IMG/VR virus record: IMGVR_UViG_3300047551_002158
Origin: a virus
Lineage: Duplodnaviria > Caudoviricetes
Length of the DNA: 64,000 nucleotides
Direction: 5' to 3' (one strand)
In this document: positions 43,575 to 53,084 of the stretch, piece by piece
Numbering within the stretch: the first letter of the stretch is position 1
How the letters are laid out: each line of letters opens with the position of its first letter
Position numbers and translations under genes: made by a program
The notes under the pieces: generated by a model
Database searches by the model: none
The model's input: only the letters and a program-made list of their open reading frames with translations
Told to the model about the DNA's origin: nothing

Positions 43575-44273
43575 ATGCGAGTAGATTTACATAACTTTTT
43601 TAAACATTATGATGAGAACAATCCGAAACACGTTGCTGCTGTAGAGCAACTTGAGGTTGATCTTGCAATTAAGAACCCAGATTTAATTGATGATACTGCC
43701 AACTGGGTTAAGATTTATAGAACAAAACCATCAGTTCCTGGAGTTCTTCCTGTTCCTTTTTATCCTCAAACTGATAATTATAGAGACGCACAAAGAACTT
43801 GTAACTCATCTGCCTGTGCGATGTGTATAGAGTATTTTAAACCAGGCACACTACAAGGAGCAAAAGGCGATGATGCCTACGTTCAAAAAGTATTTGCAAT
43901 CGGGGATTCGGTTGATCACACCGTTCAGACAAAAGTTCTGGATGGTTATGGTGTTAAGTCACACTTTAGTTACAATCTTGGGTTTGCTGATCTTGATCGT
44001 GAGCTTGCCGCTGGGAGACCTGTTGTTATCGGGATCTATCATAGGGGCACTCTATCTGCACCTACTGGTGGGCACATGGTTGTAGTTATTGGTAAGAAAG
44101 GAGAAGACTATGTTGTTAATGATCCTTATGGTTCTCTTAACGATGGTTATACTGGACCTGTAACAAATGGTAGGGGTGCTCTTTACAAAAAATCCGATCT
44201 TACTTATCGTTGGTTAGAGAAAGGAAAAGATAAGACTGGATGGGGTAGAACATTTGATGTAAAAAAGTCTTGA
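43575..44273 (+). CDS. C39-like cysteine peptidase
   Basis: YPQTDN...TCNSSACAM, GGHMVVVIG, VNDPYG. Confidence 0.78.
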   Translation: MRVDLHNFFKHYDENNPKHVAAVEQLEVDLAIKNPDLIDDTANWVKIYRTKPSVPGVLPVPFYPQTDNYRDAQRTCNSSACAMCIEYFKPGTLQGAKGDDAYVQKVFAIGDSVDHTVQTKVLDGYGVKSHFSYNLGFADLDRELAAGRPVVIGIYHRGTLSAPTGGHMVVVIGKKGEDYVVNDPYGSLNDGYTGPVTNGRGALYKKSDLTYRWLEKGKDKTGWGRTFDVKKS

Positions 44274-44749
44274 ATTCTATTCCTTTATCTGCAGGAATAG
44301 AATTGATTAAAGAATTTGAAGATTGTATATTAACTGCATATAAAGATCCTCATACTGGAAATCTTCCGATTACAATAGGATGGGGAAGCACTAAAGATTT
44401 TGATGGGAAACCATTCAAAATGGGAAGAAAGATTACTCAACAATATGCCGATGATCTATTCATACATCAAATTGAAAATCAATTTCTTCCAACTCTCAAA
44501 AAAATCCCCTACTGGAGTGAGATGAATGAAAATCAACAAGGCGCAATTCTTAGCTTTGCTTATAATCTTGGTGCTAATTTTTATGGAAGCCCTGACTTTA
44601 GCACGATAACTAAAGTTCTTAAGAATAAGGAATGGGATAAAGTTCCTTATACTCTTTATCTTTATCGCAATCCAGGAACTAAGGTAGAAGCAGGTTTAGT
44701 AAGAAGAAGAAAAGCAGAAGGAGACCTTTGGAAAAAACAATGGAAATAG
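44270..44749 (+). CDS. GH24 lysozyme (endolysin)
   Basis: LIKEFE, AYKDP, TIGWG, SFAYNLG, GLVRRRKAE. Confidence 0.9.
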   Translation: MNSIPLSAGIELIKEFEDCILTAYKDPHTGNLPITIGWGSTKDFDGKPFKMGRKITQQYADDLFIHQIENQFLPTLKKIPYWSEMNENQQGAILSFAYNLGANFYGSPDFSTITKVLKNKEWDKVPYTLYLYRNPGTKVEAGLVRRRKAEGDLWKKQWK

Positions 44750-45060
44750 ACAGAAGTTTAAGAACAGTAGTGGATCAATATCATTTCACTAAAGTTACTT
44801 TTTCGGTTGATGGCGAACCAAAAGTAATTGGAAGACTTTTAGATATTAGTGATTATGGATTTTGTATTACAATAAAGCAAATGATATCTAAATTTGAAGT
44901 TGAGGATAGGGGTCTTTTGAGTTTAGAAAAGGATGGAAAAGTAATCAAAATACCTGTAACCTTAAAGTGGATAGATCCAACAGATGCCACTCTAAGGTGT
45001 ATAGGTTTTCAGAGTAAATATAATCTAACCTTTTCGGAATTAGGTTCTTATATTAAATAA
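44740..45060 (+). CDS. PilZ-domain-like protein
   Basis: N-terminal DRSLR, LLDISDYG (D-x-S-x-x-G), V.W...IGFQ beta-barrel pattern. Confidence 0.6.
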   Translation: MEIDRSLRTVVDQYHFTKVTFSVDGEPKVIGRLLDISDYGFCITIKQMISKFEVEDRGLLSLEKDGKVIKIPVTLKWIDPTDATLRCIGFQSKYNLTFSELGSYIK

Positions 45061-45389
45061 GGTTCAGCAATACCCTCATTCAACATTCTTTCGTTGACTG
45101 TGACTGGATCGCCAACAAGATAAAGAACTCCAAGTATTCTTCCATACTTGTCTTCTTTAAATGTTTCAATAATCCACTCTCCTTCACGGGAGAGTTCTTT
45201 TTCTAACCATAATCTTGCTTCAATTCCTTTTTTCTTTTCCTCTATATTTAAAGTTCTTGTTTCTGCAGCATTAATATCTTTCAGACGAACTCTGTGAGAA
45301 ACAGTCATCCAAAAACCTAAATCAATATCAAGATCAACAGTGTCGCCATCAATTACTCTATTGATCTTTTTTATTTTGTACTGGTACAT
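45048..45389 (-). CDS. thermonuclease (SNase-like)
   Basis: RVIDGDT, RVRLKDINAAE, DKYGRIL, NERMLNEG. Confidence 0.88.
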   Translation of the reverse strand: MYQYKIKKINRVIDGDTVDLDIDLGFWMTVSHRVRLKDINAAETRTLNIEEKKKGIEARLWLEKELSREGEWIIETFKEDKYGRILGVLYLVGDPVTVNERMLNEGIAEPYLI

Positions 45390-45586
45390 TGAGTTTCCTT
45401 TAGTGTTCTTTTCTTTGTAACTGTTTTATATATTTCTATTCGGTCTCCAACTTGCCAATCAGAAAATCCATTACACCGAACACCACATTCAAATCCTGCT
45501 GATACTTCTTTTACATCTTTATCGCCACGACGAAGGGAATCTAAATTTCCTTCAAAAACAATTTCTTCCTTTTTATTTTTCTTCAT
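45371..45586 (-). CDS. stand-alone fragment of the translation initiation factor IF2 C-terminal (C2) domain
   Basis: VFEGNLDSLRRGDKDVKEVSAGFECGVRCNGFSDWQVGDRIEIYKTVTKKRTL matches the recalled cyanobacterial InfB C-terminus. Confidence 0.8.
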   Translation of the reverse strand: MKKNKKEEIVFEGNLDSLRRGDKDVKEVSAGFECGVRCNGFSDWQVGDRIEIYKTVTKKRTLKETQCTSTK

Positions 45587-45692
45587 TTTGCACCTCATCG
45601 AAGGATAACTTAAGTATGTAGTAAATGACCCAAGCAACTCCAACAAGTCCAATACCTAATAATATATTTACACTCCAAACTACATTATTCAT
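45573..45692 (-). CDS. 39-aa membrane peptide
   Basis: MNNVVWSVNILLGIGLVGVAWVIYYILKLSFDEVQNEEK; ATGA-coupled; read manually. Confidence 0.6.
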   Translation of the reverse strand: MNNVVWSVNILLGIGLVGVAWVIYYILKLSFDEVQNEEK

Positions 45693-45889
45693 TTTTTCTC
45701 TACAGCGTCAAGAATTCTATCCAGTTTTCTTTCTTGTTCTTCTTTAACTTCTTGTAAAGTTTTTTCTATCTGGATAATTTTTTGTTCTTGAATGGTAGTC
45801 TTCTGCTGTAATCCCCAGAAGCTAGTGAAACCACCAATGATGGCAGCACCAAGTAATGAAGTTGCTATAGTTCCCATATTAAGTTCCAT
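45689..45889 (-). CDS. small membrane-anchored coiled-coil protein
   Basis: N-terminal TM segment followed by heptads. Confidence 0.65.
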   Translation of the reverse strand: MELNMGTIATSLLGAAIIGGFTSFWGLQQKTTIQEQKIIQIEKTLQEVKEEQERKLDRILDAVEKK

Positions 45890-45896
45890 TTTAATT

Positions 45897-46091
45897 TTAG
45901 TATCTACCCTCTTGTTTATGTATCCAAGTTTTGAGTTCGTGGAGATAGTTTCTCAACATATCTGCTTTTTGTAGATGCCAAACATCACCACTCTTGAAGT
46001 ATTCTTGAGTGTGGTTATCTATTGCTTTGAGAATGTTATGTATCGGTGCGTTCCAAGGTTCACGCTTGGGTGTGTTCCATTCTCTTGGCAT
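45897..46091 (-). CDS. conserved cyanophage hypothetical protein
   Basis: MPREWNTPKREPWNAPIH...LKTWI. Confidence 0.75.
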   Translation of the reverse strand: MPREWNTPKREPWNAPIHNILKAIDNHTQEYFKSGDVWHLQKADMLRNYLHELKTWIHKQEGRY

Positions 46092-46094
46092 ATA

Positions 46095-46196
46095 TCACTT
46101 TTTCTTACCTCCGTTCTTTGCCTTTTTCGCAGTCGCATTACCTTGATTTTGTTTTGAAGGTCCTTTCTTACCCTTCTTGTTTGGCGACTTAGACAT
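46095..46196 (-). CDS. 33-aa highly basic peptide
   Basis: MSKSPNKKGKKGPSKQNQGNATAKKAKNGGKKK; AAGGA RBS; read manually. Confidence 0.65.
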   Translation of the reverse strand: MSKSPNKKGKKGPSKQNQGNATAKKAKNGGKKK

Positions 46197-46267
46197 TGGT
46201 AGTCCTTATTTGTTATCAATATATTTAGTTTGGTAGTTAAATAAATACTTTAAAATGTAAATAAAAA

Positions 46268-46600
46268 ATGGCAGTTCCTGCAGTTAATATAACAATTCAA
46301 AAAGGTACTGACTTTCAAAACGTCTACACGATTAGTAATCCGGATGGAAGTCCATTAGATTTAACTGGATATAGTGGCGTTGCTAAGATTAAAAAGTTTC
46401 CGGAATCAACAACTTCATCTTCATTTACTGTAGGAATTGTTTCTACTGCTGGCCAAGTAGTATTATCAATGGCAAGTACTGTAACAAGTCAATTGGGATC
46501 AGGAAGACATTATTATGATATTTTATTAACATCACCTTCAAGTAAAAAGGATAGAACTTTTGAGGGAATGGCTTTAGTAACTTCAACAGTATCGGTATAA
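46268..46600 (+). CDS. virion structural protein
   Basis: IQKGTDF, DLTGYS..AKIKK, GRHYYDI; ATAAATA upstream. Confidence 0.72.
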   Translation: MAVPAVNITIQKGTDFQNVYTISNPDGSPLDLTGYSGVAKIKKFPESTTSSSFTVGIVSTAGQVVLSMASTVTSQLGSGRHYYDILLTSPSSKKDRTFEGMALVTSTVSV

Positions 46601-46607
46601 GAATACA

Positions 46608-49600
46608 ATGCCTAATGTATCAATAGGAAGTACAAATTATAACGTAACTGTTGGTTATAGTCCTTCAGTAAAGGTTGTAAGAGAAGCAACAGGACTTACT
46701 GGATCTCAGGGACTTCAAGGACTTCAGGGTTCTGGTGGATCGCAAGGAACTGCTGGATATATTGGATTGGATGGTGCTCAAGGAGCAATTGGATCTCAAG
46801 GAACTCAAGGAATAATAGGATCTCAGGGAATACAAGGTCTTCAAGGAGTTCAGGGTCTTGATGGTGCTTTTGTTGCTCAAGGTATCCAAGGTTCTATTGG
46901 TTCTCAAGGTACTCAAGGAATTACAGGTTCTCAAGGACTTCAGGGAACTCAGGGTATTTCTGTTCAAGGTTCTACTGGTCCCCAAGGACTTCAAGGAACT
47001 CAAGGTATTATAGGGTCTCAGGGTGTTACTGGAATTCAAGGACTTCAGGGAATTCAAGGTATTTCCGTTCAAGGATCCATAGGTTCTCAAGGAATTCAGG
47101 GATCTATTGGATCTCAGGGTATTCAAGGTTTTGTAGGTTCTCAGGGTACTCAAGGAACTACAGGTTCTCAAGGTACTCAAGGAATTTCTGTTCAAGGCAC
47201 TCAAGGAACTACAGGGTCTCAAGGAACTCAAGGTATTTCAATTCAGGGAACTCAAGGCACTATAGGTTCTCAAGGCATTCAAGGTTTTGTGGGTTCTCAA
47301 GGACTTCAAGGAACTCAAGGTATATCTGTCCAAGGTTCTATTGGTCCTCAAGGTATCCAGGGAATTACAGGGTCTCAAGGCACTCAAGGTATTTCTGTTC
47401 AAGGTACTCAAGGAACCCAAGGTATTTCTGTTCAGGGAACTACGGGTTCTCAAGGCATTCAAGGAACTACTGGCACTCAAGGAACTCAGGGTATTTCTAT
47501 TCAAGGAACTACGGGTTCTCAGGGCATTCAAGGAACTACGGGTTCTCAAGGAACCCAAGGTATTTCTGTTCAGGGAACTACTGGTTCTCAAGGTATCCAG
47601 GGAACTACTGGTACTCAAGGAACCCAAGGTATTTCTGTTCAGGGAACTACAGGATCTCAAGGTACTCAAGGAATTATAGGGTCTCAAGGTACTCAGGGAA
47701 CTACAGGTACTCAAGGAACTCAAGGTATTTCTGTTCAAGGTACTCAAGGAACTCAAGGTATTTCTGTTCAAGGAACTACGGGTACTCAAGGAACTCAAGG
47801 CATTTCTGTTCAAGGAACTACAGGGTCTCAAGGTACTCAAGGAATTACAGGTTCTCAAGGTATTCAAGGCATTTCCGTTCAAGGTACTCAAGGAACTCAA
47901 GGAATTTCTGTTCAAGGAACTACTGGCACTCAAGGTGCTCAAGGAACTACAGGTACTCAAGGAACTGGTGGTGTTCAAGGTTCTACTGGTTCAGGTTCTC
48001 AGGGTATTCAAGGTATTACTGGAACACAAGGAACTGATGGTATTCAGGGTACTACAGGTGCTGGTTCTCAAGGGCTTCAAGGAATTCAAGGAAATACTGG
48101 TATTGCCGGAGTTTCTGCATCTGGTCGTATTTGGTATTTCTCTCAAATCAATAGTGATATTTCTGGATATGAAAGTTTAATTCCTGATATTCTTGATGGA
48201 TCTCCTCAGGATGATATGGTTGGTATTTGTAGTGCTGCTTCTGGGGAAGTATTAATTGAAGAATTTGCTACAGAGGTGGGTGATCCTGGAATTACAGAAT
48301 TGCCTCCTGGAGAATATGAAATTCGTTTCTGGGGATATGTAAGCGAATCAGTCGGAGTTACCTCACTTAGATTTAAGAACTATGCTTATAATAATGGAAA
48401 CGAAACTTTATTATTCCAATTAACAACAGGAGATATTAATGCTCTTGTTCCAACTTATTATACTCAACTTGGAATTTTAACTGGACCTGTTGCAATTGCT
48501 GCAAGTGACCGTATTGTTACCAAAGTTTATTGTTTAACTGATAATGTAGGAGTTATAACTGCACACTTTGTACATTCTGGAGCAACTCCGTCAAATTGGA
48601 GAACTGCAATTACACAGGGTTATGTTGGTCCTCAAGGATTAACAGGTGCTCAGGGTATCCAAGGAATTACTGGAACCCAAGGTGCTATAGGAATTCAAGG
48701 TTTTGATGGTGTTCAAGGTATTCAGGGGATCACTGGAGCAGGTACTCAAGGTATAACAGGATCTCAAGGTACTCAAGGAATTTCTATTCAGGGTACACAA
48801 GGTATTACAGGTTCTCAAGGTACTCAAGGAATTTCTGTTCAGGGTACTCAAGGTATAACAGGATCACAAGGTACTCAGGGAACTACAGGTTCTCAAGGTA
48901 TTCAAGGAATTTCTGTTCAGGGTACTCAAGGTATAACAGGATCACAAGGTACTCAGGGAACTACAGGTTCTCAAGGTATTCAAGGAATTTCTGTTCAGGG
49001 TACTCAAGGTATAACAGGATCACAAGGTACTCAGGGAACTACAGGTTCTCAAGGTACTCAAGGAATTTCTGTTCAGGGTACTCAAGGTATAACAGGATCT
49101 CAAGGTACTCAAGGAATTTCTATTCAGGGTACTCAAGGTATAACAGGATCACAAGGTACTCAGGGAACTACAGGTTCTCAAGGTACTCAAGGAATTTCTG
49201 TTCAGGGTACTCAAGGTATCACTGGATCTCAAGGTACACAAGGAATTTCTGTTCAAGGTACTCAGGGAACTACAGGTACTCAAGGTACTCAAGGTATTTC
49301 TGTTCAGGGTACTCAAGGTATCACTGGATCTCAAGGTACACAAGGAATTTCTATTCAGGGTACACAAGGTATTACAGGTTCTCAAGGTACACAAGGTATT
49401 TCTGTTCAGGGAACTCAAGGTATCACTGGATCTCAAGGTACACAAGGTATCACAGGTTCAGGATCTCAAGGTACTCAAGGTATCACAGGTTCAGGATCTC
49501 AAGGTACTCAAGGAACTGAAGGTTCTCAAGGCACTCAAGGAATTTCAGTTCAGGGTACACAAGGTATCACTGGATCTCAAGGAGCATCTGGTGGCGGCGG

Positions 49601-50492
49601 AGGTCCTGGTGGCTCACTATCAGTCAATGATGATACTGCATCAACCACACCAATTTATGTTGCATTATCAACTGCAACTTCAGGACCAGTAGGATTTTTA
49701 ACAGTATCCTCAACCAAATTTACATTCATTCCATCATCTGGAAATCTTGGTATAGGAACAACTAATCCACTTTATAAACTTACTGTTACAAACAGCACAA
49801 CTCCAACACCTTCATTACCAAATGCAATAGCAGACTTTACAAGTAATGTTGCTGGATATTCTCAAATTAATATTAGAAATACTTCTAATAATGCTAATGC
49901 TTCAAGTGATGTTGTAGTTACTGCAGATACTGGAACAGATACAATTAACTATATTGACCTTGGAATTAATAACAGTAATTATTCTTCTGGAACTTGGACA
50001 ATTAATGGTCCATTAGATGGATACTTATATTCTATTGATACTAATCTTTCTATTGGTGTTGCTGGACCAACAAAATATCTTTCACTGTTTGCTGGCGGAA
50101 CGTTATCAAATAATGAGATTGTAAGAGTAAATTCTACTGGAGTTGGTATAGGAACTACAAATGTATTATCAACATTAACTGTAAAACCAATATCAACAAC
50201 TTCTATTGTTGGTTTATTTACTGGAACAACTTCAACTGACCTTGTTAGAATTACTCAAGATGGAGTTGGAAATGCACTAAGAGTTGATGACCAGGCAGGA
50301 GGAACCACTCCATTTATTGTTGATAATGTAGGAAGAGTTGGTATCAATACTATTACTGCAACATCAAATCTTACTGTTCACGGAAGTGCGACTGTAACCG
50401 GAATCACAACATCTCAATATTTGGATGGAATTGCAATTCAAACTTTAAGAGGTTCTATTCTTGCTATTTCTTATAATATGTCTATGCCTTAA
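46608..50492 (+). CDS. collagen-like fibre protein
   Basis: Two long Gly-X-Y blocks (GTQ/GSQ/GIT) separated by a globular insert; C-terminal GIGTT tail-fibre repeats. Confidence 0.85.
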   Translation: MPNVSIGSTNYNVTVGYSPSVKVVREATGLTGSQGLQGLQGSGGSQGTAGYIGLDGAQGAIGSQGTQGIIGSQGIQGLQGVQGLDGAFVAQGIQGSIGSQGTQGITGSQGLQGTQGISVQGSTGPQGLQGTQGIIGSQGVTGIQGLQGIQGISVQGSIGSQGIQGSIGSQGIQGFVGSQGTQGTTGSQGTQGISVQGTQGTTGSQGTQGISIQGTQGTIGSQGIQGFVGSQGLQGTQGISVQGSIGPQGIQGITGSQGTQGISVQGTQGTQGISVQGTTGSQGIQGTTGTQGTQGISIQGTTGSQGIQGTTGSQGTQGISVQGTTGSQGIQGTTGTQGTQGISVQGTTGSQGTQGIIGSQGTQGTTGTQGTQGISVQGTQGTQGISVQGTTGTQGTQGISVQGTTGSQGTQGITGSQGIQGISVQGTQGTQGISVQGTTGTQGAQGTTGTQGTGGVQGSTGSGSQGIQGITGTQGTDGIQGTTGAGSQGLQGIQGNTGIAGVSASGRIWYFSQINSDISGYESLIPDILDGSPQDDMVGICSAASGEVLIEEFATEVGDPGITELPPGEYEIRFWGYVSESVGVTSLRFKNYAYNNGNETLLFQLTTGDINALVPTYYTQLGILTGPVAIAASDRIVTKVYCLTDNVGVITAHFVHSGATPSNWRTAITQGYVGPQGLTGAQGIQGITGTQGAIGIQGFDGVQGIQGITGAGTQGITGSQGTQGISIQGTQGITGSQGTQGISVQGTQGITGSQGTQGTTGSQGIQGISVQGTQGITGSQGTQGTTGSQGIQGISVQGTQGITGSQGTQGTTGSQGTQGISVQGTQGITGSQGTQGISIQGTQGITGSQGTQGTTGSQGTQGISVQGTQGITGSQGTQGISVQGTQGTTGTQGTQGISVQGTQGITGSQGTQGISIQGTQGITGSQGTQGISVQGTQGITGSQGTQGITGSGSQGTQGITGSGSQGTQGTEGSQGTQGISVQGTQGITGSQGASGGGGGPGGSLSVNDDTASTTPIYVALSTATSGPVGFLTVSSTKFTFIPSSGNLGIGTTNPLYKLTVTNSTTPTPSLPNAIADFTSNVAGYSQINIRNTSNNANASSDVVVTADTGTDTINYIDLGINNSNYSSGTWTINGPLDGYLYSIDTNLSIGVAGPTKYLSLFAGGTLSNNEIVRVNSTGVGIGTTNVLSTLTVKPISTTSIVGLFTGTTSTDLVRITQDGVGNALRVDDQAGGTTPFIVDNVGRVGINTITATSNLTVHGSATVTGITTSQYLDGIAIQTLRGSILAISYNMSMP

Positions 50493-50531
50493 TACATAAC
50501 ATATATAAAATAAAAAAGAAGGATTTAATAA

Positions 50532-50996
50532 ATGGCGATCACTACTTTAAATACTGCACCAATTTTTACAGGAACACCTGATGTTAATTTTACAAGAATA
50601 ACTGCAGCACAGAACAACTCACAAGGTAATGGAACAGTTGGAACTGATATTTTCCTTGCATTCAGTGCAGGAGCAAGTGGAAGTTATTTGCAAAAAGTTA
50701 GATTTACTTTAACTGGTGCGACGGCAAACACTGCATCTACTGCTGCAGTATTGAGAATTTATTTGTCTACTGTAAACACAGGTTCTACTACGTCTTCTAA
50801 TACGTTTTTAATTCAAGAAGTGACTGCAGCTGCACAAACACCTAACGTAGTTACTACATTAACTGGCGCAACATATCCAATTGATGTCCCACTTAACTTT
50901 GCAATCCCTAGTGGATATTATCTTTTAGTTGGTATAAGTGCTGTTGCTGGTGCTAACTCTGTTTGGGTTGCATCTGTATATGGAGGAGATTACTGA
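50532..50996 (+). CDS. putative virion structural protein
   Basis: Thr/Ala-rich beta-type composition in the fibre locus. Confidence 0.65.
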   Translation: MAITTLNTAPIFTGTPDVNFTRITAAQNNSQGNGTVGTDIFLAFSAGASGSYLQKVRFTLTGATANTASTAAVLRIYLSTVNTGSTTSSNTFLIQEVTAAAQTPNVVTTLTGATYPIDVPLNFAIPSGYYLLVGISAVAGANSVWVASVYGGDY

Positions 50997-51148
50997 TGGA
51001 AACTATTGTAAAAATTAACTTTAATGAAGGTCCGATTGCAACTGGATTTATTCATCTAAATGAAAATCACGAAATTACACTATTCACTGATGAGAATGGA
51101 AATGAACTTACAGAGTATGCATCTTGGTATGTTCCAGAGGAAGTATAA
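50996..51148 (+). CDS. small acidic hypothetical protein
   Basis: METIVKINFNEG...; GGAGG RBS; coupled at both ends. Confidence 0.6.
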   Translation: METIVKINFNEGPIATGFIHLNENHEITLFTDENGNELTEYASWYVPEEV

Positions 51149-52074
51149 TGCTTGATCTACTACATTTACCAAAACCACAAAATGGTTATATTGATTATTA
51201 CATAGGAAAATCTGGATCTTTAGGTGGTACTTGGGAAATCTGGGAAAAACCTAGAGGTATTAATATGATCCGAATTACCACTATTGGTGGTGGATCTGGT
51301 GGGGGGAGGGGTTTTGGTGGTTCGAATACTACTGCAAGAGGCGGTGGAGCTGGCGGAAGTTGTGGAGGTTATACTTCAGTTCTTCTTGCAGCATTTCATC
51401 TACCAGATCGTCTTTATGTTTCTGCTGGTAGGGGTGGTGCTGGAGGTAATGTCAGTGTCAGTAGTGGTACTCCGGGTATTGGTTCTTATGTTGCGATTGC
51501 ACCTTATACTACATTAACAGGTATCTATACAGTCTGTTATGCACTTTCTGGTGGAGCTGGATCTGGTGGCGGCAACGCTGCAACTGCTACTGGAGGTTCG
51601 GCACCTCTCGCTGCCACTATTGCCAACACCCTTGTTGCAGGATTGGGAGTATTCACTGCTATTGCTGGACAAGCAGGGGTTAATGGTGGTGTAATTGGTG
51701 GCGGTGCTGGACAATCTGTAACTTATCCAACATCAGGACTTCTACTTTCTGGTGGTGCTGGAGGTGGTGGTGGTGCTGGATTTGCTGGAGGAAACGTAAC
51801 TGCTCCAACTCAAGCAACACTTTCATTATTTACTACAAGAAATGGTGGTGCAGGAACTGGTGTTCCTGGAGATGCTGGAGTTCAATTATATCAACCTTTA
51901 CTTTCTACTGGTGGTGCTGGAGGTGGTACTTCTGCTGATGGAACCGCCTTAGGTGGTGAAGGTGGGGGAGGTGGATTTGGTTCTGGCGGCGGCGGTGGTG
52001 GTGCTGGAGGTACTACTGGTGGGGGTGATGGTGGTGCTGGTGGTGCTGGATTAGTAATCATTCATTCCTGGTAA
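51148..52074 (+). CDS. glycine-rich fibre/adhesin-like protein, paralog 1
   Basis: WEIWEKPRGI...GGGSGG; ends GLVIIHSW. Confidence 0.75.
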   Translation: MLDLLHLPKPQNGYIDYYIGKSGSLGGTWEIWEKPRGINMIRITTIGGGSGGGRGFGGSNTTARGGGAGGSCGGYTSVLLAAFHLPDRLYVSAGRGGAGGNVSVSSGTPGIGSYVAIAPYTTLTGIYTVCYALSGGAGSGGGNAATATGGSAPLAATIANTLVAGLGVFTAIAGQAGVNGGVIGGGAGQSVTYPTSGLLLSGGAGGGGGAGFAGGNVTAPTQATLSLFTTRNGGAGTGVPGDAGVQLYQPLLSTGGAGGGTSADGTALGGEGGGGGFGSGGGGGGAGGTTGGGDGGAGGAGLVIIHSW

Positions 52075-52146
52075 TTATGTTAGACTTAAATCAATACTTC
52101 TATATAATAATAAAATTAAATTTCTGGTTAATAATGGAGAAATATA

Positions 52147-53082
52147 GTGCTTGATTTACTACATTTACCAAAACCACAAAATGGTTATATTGATTATTAC
52201 ATAGGAAAATCTGGATCTTTAGGTGGTACTTGGGAAATCTGGGAGAAACCCAGAGGTATCAATATGATCCGAATTATCACTATCGGTGGAGGTGGTGGAG
52301 GAGCAAGTGGATTTCCTTCAGCAACCACCAACGCAAGAGGTGGTGGCGGCGGAGGTGGTTCTGGAGGATATACCTCAGTCATTATTCCTGCAATTTATCT
52401 TCCCGACCGTCTTTATGTTTCTGCTGGTAGGGGTGGAACAGGTGGTGCAACATCAACCACAGTAGGTAATGCTGGTGGTTTGGGATTTGGTTCTTATGTT
52501 GCTATTGCACCTTATACTACATTAACAGGTATATATACTGTTTGTTATGCAAACGCAAGTACAACTGCACCCACTGCACCAACTGCTGCTGTCGTTGGTG
52601 GTGCTGGTGCTGGTGCTGCTGTTGCTACTATTGCTAACACCCTTGTTGCTGGATTAGGGTTATTTACTGCTTATGGTGGTGTTAATGGAGCCGGCGGTGG
52701 TGCTGTTGCTAACGGTACTGGTGGTTCTATTAACTACCCAACATCAGGACTTCTACTTTCTGGTGGTGCTGGTGGTGGAGGAGGTATTGGTGCTGGAGGA
52801 AACGTTACTGCACCAGCTCAAGCATCTTATGTTTATTTCACTACAAGAAATGGTGGTGCAGCAACCAGTGTTCCTGGAGATGCTGGAGTTGAATTGCAAC
52901 AACCTTTACTTTCTACTGGTGGTGCTGGTGGTGGTTCATCTTCAGGAAATACTTTAGGTGGCGAAGGTGGTGAAGGTGGATTTGGTTCTGGTGGTGGAGG
53001 AGGTGGTGCTGGTGGTACTACTGGCGGTGGTGGTGCTGGTGGTGATGGTGGTCCCGGATTAGTAATCATTCACTGCTGGTAA
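52147..53082 (+). CDS. glycine-rich fibre/adhesin-like protein, paralog 2
   Basis: N-terminus nearly identical to paralog 1; GTG start; ends GLVIIHCW. Confidence 0.75.
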   Translation: MLDLLHLPKPQNGYIDYYIGKSGSLGGTWEIWEKPRGINMIRIITIGGGGGGASGFPSATTNARGGGGGGGSGGYTSVIIPAIYLPDRLYVSAGRGGTGGATSTTVGNAGGLGFGSYVAIAPYTTLTGIYTVCYANASTTAPTAPTAAVVGGAGAGAAVATIANTLVAGLGLFTAYGGVNGAGGGAVANGTGGSINYPTSGLLLSGGAGGGGGIGAGGNVTAPAQASYVYFTTRNGGAATSVPGDAGVELQQPLLSTGGAGGGSSSGNTLGGEGGEGGFGSGGGGGGAGGTTGGGGAGGDGGPGLVIIHCW

Positions 53083-53084
53083 TT

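Noticed and set aside
46665-49445. Repeat array as CRISPR, or long antisense/alternate-frame ORFs
   Set aside because: The repeats are in-frame Gly-X-Y coding units without unique spacers or cas genes; the alternate ORFs are low-complexity shadows.
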